NCBI RefSeq assembly: GCF_964204645.1
Contig: NC_134028.1
Span: 24,424,345 to 24,488,344 of the forward strand
Reading direction: 5' to 3'
DNA length: 64,000 nt
Origin: Tubulanus polymorphus
Lineage: Eukaryota > Animalia > Nemertea
Under the pieces are notes generated by a model, which ran no database searches, was not told where the DNA came from, and was given only the letters and a program-made list of their open reading frames with translations. Made by a program: the position numbers and the translations under genes. Of the stretch, positions 42,555 to 64,000 are shown one piece after another. Positions within the stretch are counted from its first letter, which is position 1; every line of letters begins with the position of its first letter.

Positions 42555-43621
42555 TCAATCTGCGAACAAACACGTTGTGTACGTAGCTCATTCTATTGGT
42601 GCAAAAATGCTTTGCGGAAACAGTCTTTTGTGTTCATGTAGTGAAAATCCAGGTAGTAATTTGAGCCGTCAAATTGTGTTCATTAAATAGAAATACCAAG
42701 CGTTATTCGGCATCAGCGACATTAGATTGAATTAGGATACAGTTTTGTAGCAGCGGAAATAATAGTTCGGAGATGTGTGCATATCATGAAAATCGATCTA
42801 ATAATAACGTGGTAAAACGTGACCTACAAGCTGAAAATGAATGAACGTTCGTGACGCCAAAACGATACTATAGACATGATTTACACTACGTGGAACTCTG
42901 CAGAAAACTAAGTTCACCAGATTCATCGGACCCTTCCTTCGGCCTGATATGCCGACGTAAAGAGAATTTGAGCGTCGATTTTGAGAAAGTTAACTGTTTG
43001 GTGACAATGCGCATGCTTTCATACTTATTTGATTCGAGGTGAATTGCAGGATAAAGAAGCAAAGGTCCCGGCTGCACCTAAACATCCCGGAAGTTCTGGA
43101 ATGCTGCTTATCGCATGTTATCTTCAAAAATATTGTGCGCAAGCAACTACGAGGGTCCTGACTAAAGCTACGCCTTTGACGTATCCACTTCCGTGAAAAT
43201 CGATCCTCACTCGATCGAAGGGGTTCATTTTAAAGTTTGCAACTTTGCAAATTTGGAAAACAACTCCGTATATTTCCAATCTTGTGCGCTGGATTGTGTT
43301 TGCAAGTCGACATCTCAGTGAATTTGGTTACATTTGGTAATTATAGATGCTTCCATAAATGTAGCCACCAAAACGTGTATCTTAGCTATCTAATGAAAAT
43401 AAAAATCTAATGCTACCGTCATTCGTAATAGCAAATGCAAACTGTTGGTTTTTATTCATTTTGAGCCACCCCATCAAAACAACAAGAGAATCTAATGGAA
43501 GCTAACACAGAACGATGCTCGGTAAATAGGGGGATTGTCACTGTTACTCTTTACTCGGCAATCATCAGTTCAGGTATAATCAACTGTCCCTGCACGATAG
43601 ATGTGTTAGATACTTTTTATC

Positions 43622-45740
43622 ATGCCGGTTGTACGTATCAGTCATAACAGCAATCCTGATGCTCCGCCAAAAATTATGAATAGTGTTCAACAGTTAAAAG
43701 AGAACAAACTATGGATTTGCTTGCGACCGATTATCTTATGTTTCAAGGTGTTCGGTATTTGGTATGACACCGACCTGCCGGGTTACCCCGGTGTGCTGCA
43801 TAAGATCTACTGTTACTTCGTATATTCTATCAAACTCGTCTTTTTCGGACGCGCTTTGATGACGCTCGTGGACCCGGCGTGGACGATCGAAAACACCACT
43901 ATGACGCGTCTTATTTATCTCATGTACGCCATGTTGCCTGTGCTTTGGGGAATTTCGGAAATTTACGCGTCTAAGAAGCGCTGGATCCAGGAGATATGCT
44001 TGCGATGGCAGAAGATAGCAATTCCGACGTACATAGAAGATGAACAGCAAGAAAGCATCGATCACAACCGTGAGCGTTATTTGAAATCGCTCAGAAGATG
44101 GGTGATCGTTTATTGCGTGGTCTCCGTGTTAAGTTCGGTGATATCACCTATTTGGGTGTTAACATCTCAGTTTGTATCATCGGACACAACAACCTTCCCA
44201 ATGCTACTGGAATTCACCTATCCGCTTTCTACGGCAAGCCCATATCTACCGTATGGCCTATCGTTTCTGGTTATATTTCACAGTTTTAGTCAAATGGACA
44301 TAATTCTATCTATGAGCTTCTTCTTACCGTGTTCCCAGCTGATCGCCCACGAGTTTGACTCTGTAAATGCTTACACCGAAAAAATAATCGAGGATCCAAA
44401 TTCGACGGAGGAGCTCACCGATATCTCCAGTTCTAAAACCTGGCACCAAGCTGTTTGTAAGCTTTTCGAACCTATCCAAGATTACTTTTCCGTCTACATA
44501 GCTTCTGGATACATCGTTTCAGTGGTTATACTTTGCTTAGCCGTGTACGACATCATTCAAAGAAGCGACGACCACAATAAATACGATTTAGAAACGATTT
44601 TATCCATGTGTTTTTTCGTGGTAATGTGCGCCATTTTCTTCACTGTTGTCACCACAATGGCTCTTCGCATCAACGTAAAGGTAAGCTCGTATGATAATTC
44701 TGACTTGTATGATTCAATATACATCTTTTATATTGAAATAGAGAATTGCCTTCCTCATTTATTTGAATGATTTGATTTTATGTCATTTCCATTTTTGATG
44801 CACACCTTATACAAACAAACTCACCACTCTGCCGAAAACGAAACGGGGGTTTGTTCGTTTTGGATTAACAGTTAGTTTATTTATACATCTTAAGTAAAAA
44901 AAATATGTAATCATATGAAGTTGGGTTTGAAGTTTGTATCGAGTTTGGTTTTGCTAAGGACCGTGGAACCGTTAGATAATGTACCCATGAATTGGACATA
45001 CACCAAAGTCAGTAAACGGAATCATCTATAAACAATGTGTGTAGCAGTCATTTCTTATTCAGGCACATGCTGTCGTAGGTAAGCTGTACTCGATCAATTC
45101 AAAAAAGCTGGGCGCAGAATCAAGAGATGAGGTATGAAACATTGCGATTGAATAAAAATCATCGCCTTAATTCAGTTACTTTCAGCAAAATATGTCGTTG
45201 AGCATCTAGAAAAAACTATTCCAATTTGATATGATAAGTGTATTACAACATCATTTCCCGTATTTTTAACAGTCATCGTCAAGTACAATCATAATTTTCA
45301 ACTAAAATATTTTAATCCCATAGAATTTCGCTTTATCAAATAAATATTTTTACGAAAAAATATCTTCTATTTGTGAACAGGTTATGATGTTCATTCACCA
45401 GTTAACTGGACCGCCTATAGGATATAGCGGCTTAGGTCTGGTGACAATAGATGCTTCATTTCTAACTTCGGTGAGAATTTCCTTACTGTCATAACTACAC
45501 AAAAAAATTTGAGTCTTCATTGATCAGGAGACTATCGTACATTCCCCCTATTGGTTTTACAGTAAAATATCATATTCAGTTGCTAACATTAAATGAATCA
45601 AATTCAAGCTTTTTTTTCATTTGCAGCTTCTGGGAACCCTGCTTACTTATTTGATCATTACAATACAGTTCAAACAAGCCGCTAGTGATAACAGTTCAAC
45701 AGCGTCAACCAGTCAGAACGATACGGCTGCGAGTAAATAA
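43622..45740 (+). CDS. Gustatory receptor-like (GRL, 7TM ion-channel chemoreceptor superfamily), copy 1
   Basis: Exons 43622-44680, 45063-45131, 45381-45470, 45627-45740. N-terminal LRPIILCFKVFGIW. C-terminal PPIGYSGLGLVTIDASFLTS|LLGTLLTYLIITIQF matches the GR/GRL TYhhhhhQF signature. Three phase-0 introns near the C-terminus, as in the ancestral GR gene structure. Confidence 0.92.
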
Positions 45741-46476
45741 TACAACATATTCATTAATAAAACGCGAAAATCCACGAGAAACTATCGACAATTCAACACT
45801 TGTATATGAAAATGCATCATGATACTTTTAAAGAAATTTAAAGTTCTAAGAACTCTGCATACGGTTTCGCCTAGAGCACATACAACTTTTAACCTGGAGG
45901 AAGTAATTAAGAAGCTGAAATGAAAGAGACGACCAAACGCAATCCTTGCTCGATCGATCAGTTACAAAACAATAAGTCTTTAGGGAACTTTGAGATTTTC
46001 ATCTTTTTAGTTTCTAGTTAGCAATAACCATCGGTAAAACACTCCAGTGTTGTAATGATAATATAAAATACCTCGCCAAGAAAGAAAAATTCTGACTCCA
46101 GTTTTCTATCTAAGTATGCAAATTCTTGCTAAATTCTGTTCGCATGTCGGCATCAGCGTTTTTAGTTTCATCTGGTAATTCTAGTCATGATTCCGCTAAT
46201 AGACTATCACCAAAACTAACACCGTGACTATTTGATGAAAATGGAAAGATAATTTGCTACCGTCATGTTGCGATTCGAAATACCAAACGTAAATGTGTTT
46301 TCTATTTGTATATAGCCATCATCTCATCATATAAAAAAACGGAGAATTTAATGGAAAATAAACACTGAACGATACTTGGTCAATAGGGGGATTGTCACTG
46401 ATACTCTTTACTCGGCACTGAGTTCAGGCACAGTCATCAACTGCTCCTGCACCGTAGGTGTTAAATACTTTTTATC

Positions 46477-48668
46477 ATGCCGGTTGTACGCATCAGTCAT
46501 AACAGCAATTCTGATGCTCCGCCTAAAATTATGAATAGTGTTCAACAGTTAAAAGAGAACAAACTATGGATTTGCTTGCGACCGATTATCTTATGTTTCA
46601 AGGTGTTTGGTATTTGGTATGACACCGACCTGCCGGGTTACCCCGGTGTGCTGCATAAGATCTACTGTTACTTCGTATATTCTATCAAACTCGTCTGTTT
46701 CGGACGCGCTTTGATGACGCTCGTGGACCCGGCGTGGACGATCGAAAACACCACTATGACGCGTCTTATTTATCTCATGTACGCCATGTTGCCTGTGCTT
46801 TGGGGAATTTCGGAAATTTACGCGTCTAAGAAGCGCTGGATCCAGGAGATATGCTTGCGATGGCAGAAGATAGCACTTCCGACGTACATAGAAGATGAAC
46901 AGCAAGAAAGCATCGATCACAACCGTGAGCGTTATTTGAAATCGCTCAGAAGATGGGTGATCGTTTATTGCGGGATCTCCGTGTTGAGTGCAGTGGCATT
47001 GCCTATTTGGATGTTGATATCTCAGTTTGCATCACCGGACTCAACGACTCTTTCAATGCAACCCGAATTCATCTATCCGCTTTCTGCGACGAGTCCATAT
47101 CTACCGTATGGCCTATCGTTTCTGGTTATATTTCACAGTTTAAGTCAAATAGATGTAGTTTTTTCGATGGGCTTCTTCTTATCGTGTTCCCAGCTGATCG
47201 CCCACGAATTCGACTCCGTCAATCGTAACGCCGAAAAAATAATCGAGGATCCCGATTCGGAGATCAACGATATCTTCAGTTCCAAGACTTTGCACCAAAC
47301 TGTTTGTAAACTATTCGAACCTATTCAAGATTACTTTTCTGTCTACATAGCTTCTGGATACATCATCTCAGTTGTTACACTTTGCCTAGCCGTGTACGAC
47401 ATCATTCAAAGAAGCGACGACCACAATAAAAACGATTTAGAAACGATTCTATCCATGTGTTTTTCTGTTATACTTTGCGCCATTTTCTTTACCGTTGTTA
47501 CCACAATGGCTCTTCGCGTCAATGTGAAGGTGAGTTCGTAGTAATTTTTTGGGTGATCGTTTGAATCCCGTTTTTCTTTAGAACACACACGAATTTATGA
47601 TTTATTGATTTAATATTCATCTTTTTATCATGAAATGAGGAGTTGTTCCTCTTTGATTTGTTTTGATGTTTTGCTCATTTTTGGTGTGTCCCATACAAGC
47701 CCGCCATCCTCGAGAACTAAATAGGGGTTCATAGTTTTTTAACAACAAATACTTTACTTAAAACTATCTTCAGTGAGACTCATAACAAAACAGTTTTTGG
47801 TTTGGAGTTTTTATTCTATTGCATTCGAGTGTGATTTGGTTTGGGTAAATGTAATAAGCATTTAAACAGAAATAATCAGACATCGTGAAATGAATTGCAC
47901 AATCACATGTCACACAAGACAATGAACTTAGTCATCTATATACAATGTGTAGAGGTCTTCCTTTTTATTTCAGGCACACGCTCTCGCGGCAAAACTATAT
48001 TCGGTCAATCTGAAAATGCTGGGTGCAGAATTAAGAGATGAGGTATTGAAGTTGAACGGCGTATCGTTTTCAACTAATTACTCCCATATTAAAAGCATAT
48101 TACGAATATTTTGTTGAGTTTTAAGAGCACTCTTATCTTGTAATTTAATGATTTGAATGTCAAGTTGCAAAGTTAATTGACACCAGAACGTTTCGGACGT
48201 TTCCTAGCAGCCATCGTCAGGTGGTATTTAAATTATCAACATAAACAATTTCCTCATTGGATTTCCTACTTTATCAAATACATATTTACGAAAAATACTT
48301 TCTATTTGTTGACAGGTTATGATGTTTATTCACCAGTTGAATGGACCGCCGATAGGATATACCGGTTTAGGTCTGGTGACCATTGATGCTTCATTTCTAA
48401 CTTCGGTGAGAGTTTTCGTATTTTCATAACTACACAAGAAAAGAACTATGGATCAAGAGACTATCGTACATTCCCCCTATTGGTTTTACAGTGAAATATC
48501 ATATTCAGTTGCTAACATTAAATGAATCAAATTCAAGCTTTTTTTCATTTGCAGCTTCTGGGAACCCTGCTTACTTATTTGATCATTACAATACAGTTCA
48601 AACAAGCCGATAGTGATAACAGTTCAACAGCGTCAACCAGTCAGAACGATACGGCTTCGAGTAAATAA
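46477..48668 (+). CDS. Gustatory receptor-like (GRL), copy 2 (tandem paralog)
   Basis: Exons 46477-47529, 47974-48042, 48316-48405, 48555-48668; same intron phases and TYLIITIQF motif as copy 1; ORF intact. Confidence 0.92.
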
Positions 48669-49867
48669 TACAACATATTCATTAGTAAAATGCGAAAATC
48701 CACGAGAAACTATCACCGACTATTTGCCTTACGCGTGTCTGATATTTACCGCTGTGAAATGTGGCACAGCGTATTAATGGGTCTGTCAATACAAGTTGGG
48801 TTCTGTTAGAAATCTATCAAATATAACACATTTATTCAGGATTCTGTAACATCAGAATATTCAACAACCGGATATCCTCCTTAATTGTTCATTTCTCGCC
48901 GCGGCTTAAGTTAGTTCATCTGCTATGAAAAAAAACAACCATTTGACAGTGCAACATGTGCAAACTTCGTCGCCTGAGTTAAGAGCAAGAACATATACTT
49001 CTGACTGGTAACCGTTTTGATGATCGGCCTTCGTAAGATTGTTATAATGAAGAAAAAAAACCACAATATATCTTCGAAAAGAACCAAATGAAAGATTTGC
49101 GATGAAAATTGATACCCTTTAACATGTTGACAATGTATGGCATATGTGTATGTACGCTTGACTTAATGCTGATTCGGTCTCAGGGTTTTTGTAAATCAAA
49201 ATTGTGTTTGGAATGACTGAAATGGCTCCAGAAGAAATTTAATAATCAGTTTCACCTCTTAGGCGTTCGCTTCGTCGGGATATCCCTAAAGATGCAAAAA
49301 GGTTCCTTTCATAATGTTGGCCCTCCCTAAGAATGATTCTAGATCGGCCCTAGCACCTGGTATAAATACATAGGCCTGCCATTATGTAGGGTTGGCTAAT
49401 CCTATGGTTTCGATTGATCTATAGCTGGCTATTAGAAACTGGGTTATCCCATGGTTGACTTACCCTAGTGTCCTAACATGCTGCGAATTATCATTTCGAG
49501 TTACTCATACTTATAGCTCTAGTATCTAATTATGTGGTATTGATTATTAGGAAAAATAAATTGATGTTAACCATCATAATCCTTGTTTTGAGTTTATCTT
49601 TAATTTCTCTGTTTACGTATCATCGCAGGACTATATTCGTTAGTTGTATCTATCAATTACATTCATATCGATTTAAGATTGGATCTTTTAAAACATTTCT
49701 TTATCGTAAGTTTGTTTACGACTACTGATAAATACGATAGATTGTGAAATGGAACTCATGTGAGTTTCAGCAGCTTTCAAACACACGCAAATTTACTCTC
49801 AATGGATGTATCTACACAATCTGATATTACAATTCTTATCAATCATTTATAACCGCAGCACCTCAGT

Positions 49868-49900
49868 ATAAGAGTTGTTTTGACCAGACCTCATTTCAGA
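49868..49900 (+). promoter_or_regulatory. Candidate TATA/Inr core promoter of the lipocalin gene
   Basis: TATAAGAG at 49868 with Inr-like TCATTT/TCAGAT about 23-28 nt downstream, ATG at 49914. Confidence 0.4.
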
Positions 49901-49913
49901 TCGTGTCAACGAC

Positions 49914-50990
49914 ATGAATCAGTTACTGTTATTAACAACTTTAGTCGGACTTTGTTCCGGTTTGAAGTTTCTGCGCGGAGTTAAGACTGTACCGGAACTT
50001 GATGCATCCAAGTATCTAGGAAGATGGTATCAGGTGAGTTTATGTCGTGGAATTTAAGGGCTTCAATATTGGGGATATTAGTAAATGATTTATGTTCTCT
50101 TGCAATATAGGTTTATGCCGACGCAGTAGTGATGAAAACATTTGAAAGGAATGGAGTATGCATCACAGCTGACTGTAAGCGAACCTAATTTGCATATATT
50201 TTGCATATGTCTCATCTGTATTTGCGCATGCATTGTAAGCCTGTAATCAGTAAAAACTAGTCGCAGCCTTGATGAATATCGTGAAATAATCTAAGATAGT
50301 GATTCATTGAAAATGTGTAATTCGTTTTTCACTGACTTTTTTGGGTGAATGCTTTTACGCTTCTAAGAGTTTATTCAAAATGTCAGCAGTCAGTGAAAAA
50401 AAAGGATGATAGTTTAATAGAATCGCTATTGCGGGTTCTTTTATGATAACATTTTTTATTTGAATTCTTATTTTCGCAGATGGTTTATTAGAAAATGGCG
50501 TCGTCAGTGTATTTAACGCGATGCGAATTACGAAACCGAACGGAGAACTGAAAACTATCAAGGGAACAGCGAAACAAAATGTTAAAGAACCTGGAAAACT
50601 GACAGTTAATCTCAACGGTGGTTTACCTTTTGGTGCTCCGTGTAAGTAAACTAATTCTTTCTTTTCTGTTTTTTTTTCTAGGAAATGTAGAAATGCCATC
50701 GGATGATAGTTTTAGAATGAATATATTTATTATTCATCCATTAGAATTTACTTCTTTCAGACTGGGTGGTAAGATTGGGACCAGTTGTTGATGGAAAATA
50801 CGAATACTCAGTAGTCACTGATCGCGAACGGTTTGCTCTGTTCGTTCTGGTCCGCGATCCTCAAAGATTCGCTGATCTATACGAGAAGAAAGTACTGGAA
50901 GAACTTAAACAGCTCAAATTTGTTCATTTCTTTAACAAACCGATTAAAAATTACCAAGGAGCCGATTGCCTCTACGCACCTAAGCCATAA
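49914..50990 (+). CDS. APOD: Apolipoprotein D-like secreted lipocalin
   Basis: Exons 49914-50033, 50111-50174, 50480-50641, 50761-50990. Signal peptide MNQLLLLTTLVGLCSG; lipocalin SCR1 VPELDASKYLGRWYQ; CITADY; PGKLTV; APYWVV; YEYSVV; LFVLVRDP; C-terminal QGADC. Symbol indicates family likeness; orthology untested. Confidence 0.88.
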
Positions 50991-51135
50991 GTCGGAAATT
51001 AGGACCAATGGATAGAATGAGAATAATTCAAGACTTTAAGTCGCAATGTGAACTTCATCCATGAGCAGTGACTCAAAATCAGAATTAATGATATAACTTC
51101 TATATAATGTATGATAATGGTAAAATACATCAATC

Positions 51136-51340
51136 GTGGTCAATACTTACTGCTACGATGTATTGTTATTTCTATTATTATCATTCATACAAATTCATTT
51201 ACAACACGAACAATTTAAAACTAGTGTCAATAAATACATCGCTGCTTTGCAGCTATATTTATTATTATCATTATTATTCATACAAATTTATTTACAACAC
51301 GAACAATTGAAAACTACTATGGTCTCAATGAATACAATAA
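51136..51340. repeat. Direct tandem duplication, about 93-bp unit
   Basis: attcatacaaatt(c/t)atttacaacacgaacaatt(t/g)aaaacta occurs twice, 93 nt apart, downstream of the lipocalin stop. Confidence 0.8.
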
Positions 51341-53216
51341 CGTACTGTCTTATCGTTATTTCACATTTAAATCTAAAACAGTTATTTGTAACTTATAGTA
51401 TATATTTGATATGCACTTTCGTGTAGGATTATACACAACAAACAAAAAACAATTCCTAGCACCGGATGCACAGAGTCTTTTCTGATAATTCATCTACCAA
51501 CAAATCGGGCCACTGACTCTTATTACAACTTCAAATTTAATTTCAAAGTTACAAATACAGATATATCGCAACAACGCACGAAATATGTAGAATAGGCTCA
51601 ATCGTAATGCGTGTATATAATGAATGCAAAATGAAACAGGATCAGTGATTGGCTTCATCTATGATAAAGAGATACAAATGCCAATAATAACACACGTAAA
51701 AGTTCAATTTTGACTCATTTTTCTCTTGTTCATCGCTTCTAATTGAATTCAAAAACAAGAAGGAATGTAAGACTCTTCATCGAATAGTCACTCTTAGAAT
51801 ATATCAGACAGAATATCAATTCAGGGCAAAGGAGATTAATATATCGTATGGATACCATTAAAAACGCATTACGGAAAAGTTTCACTACAAAGAGATGAAT
51901 TGATCGTTTATTAGTCAATTAATGATATGTTGATTGTCTAAAGGTCGACGTTAAAAACGCTCCAATATTGCTGTCAGAGCCGATCCAGTTCCAATGAAAT
52001 GGGGGTTCAGTTATGGTACATATGAATTTTGTCTATTTCTAAAGCAGATTTAGCAGAGAACTGCGGCATTGGGTGCGTATTAGAAGTATTATAATAGTTT
52101 TAGCTCAGTGTAAGCAAGCGTTTCAAAATAGACGCTCTCGTTACCCATTTCATAGAATAATCAGCAGCAAACGTATGAATCATTCAACTCAATCAAATCA
52201 AATAGTTTATTGCTGTTATCTGTATTTGTATTTTCGCTTATAGAAAACGCAGCCAAGAGAATATTAAAGACAATATTGAATCTTATTTCACTGATGACCA
52301 GTTTTTAAAATATGTTTATAAGATTAACGATATTTACAAATGGATATTTTGAGCATCAAAATCTAACAGTGAACAACTGACTTAAGTAATGTCGCTATCA
52401 AATTTACAGTTAACAAATGATCTCATCCAGGTGAATTTGATTACACAAGCTTTCAAAATGAATTCTAGATATATCCTGAACGCCTGGTAGTTTGCTCGGA
52501 CTGGGGAATAGTAATAGGCTGGGGAATATAATAACAATTTTATGAAAAGCGCCTTTGAACATCGTATGTATCACAGGGAAAAGGGCGCTATATAAATTGA
52601 ATAACTATTACTATAATTCTACTCGTTAATCGGAGTTTCCGAATAGTCGCGGACATTTTTTTATCGCGCATTCGTAACGAATCGCGATAAGGACAAATAA
52701 ATAACGTACTTTAAACTTTTACAGCATTAAAATATAACATGATAACATTATGAATCTTATACATACATTTTACATACACATATATTTACATAACTATTAT
52801 TCAAATTACTATGTACAGATTAAGGCATTGGAATGTACGTTATACTTTTCATAATGACGTATTTGATCACAGTCTTGCCTTCGTATTGTTCTACAATATT
52901 AATTTACATATCGGGGAACTGTTTCACAGAACGACTCCTTGAAGTACCGGTAGTCGTTCCGTTAAAAAGGTCCTCTTGTTAAATCTACCCGCTATGATTA
53001 CATACACCGGAACAGCTCAGTTACAACATCGTCTATGAACACGATTTGGCTTCTAGTCAATTAGAAACGACTGCAGCAAACGATAACGATTAAGATTCAC
53101 AGTATTTTAGTATTTTTCAATGAAATATTTGTGAAGCTAAGTTCTCGTAATTGCACTTCGGCTGCGGTCTCGATTTCCAGTCCGCAAAAAAAAAGAAAAT
53201 CGTTAACTGATTCGTA

Positions 53217-64000
<10,784 letters not shown>

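Overview
Eukaryotic (animal, intron-rich, AT-rich introns, CpG-rich exons; invertebrate, plausibly spiralian, species not determinable) genomic DNA. It holds eight protein-coding genes, reconstructed by hand from GT/AG sites and reading-frame continuity. (1) A 5'-truncated polycystin-1-family gene (+, 923-24253: PKD repeats, REJ, GAIN/GPS, PLAT, 11-TM channel). (2) An ankyrin-repeat/SOCS-box gene (+). (3) WDR13 (-), complete, with a probable U12-type (minor spliceosome) intron and a GC-AG intron. (4) An intronless orphan class A GPCR (-). (5,6) A tandem pair of gustatory-receptor-like (GRL/7TMIC) genes (+) showing mosaic gene-conversion-like tracts. (7) An ApoD-like lipocalin (+). (8) A 5'-truncated receptor guanylyl cyclase (-). 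Introns carry many small TIR/hairpin MITEs, SINE-like remnants, a (CATAC)n satellite and several minimal hammerhead-ribozyme-like motifs of the Penelope type. Most notable: the cluster of putative sensory genes, the TRPP2-like pore on a PKD1-type protein, candidate microexons, a candidate internal promoter/isoform in the polycystin gene, and the ribozyme-like motifs. All homology calls rest on recalled motifs; no searches were run.
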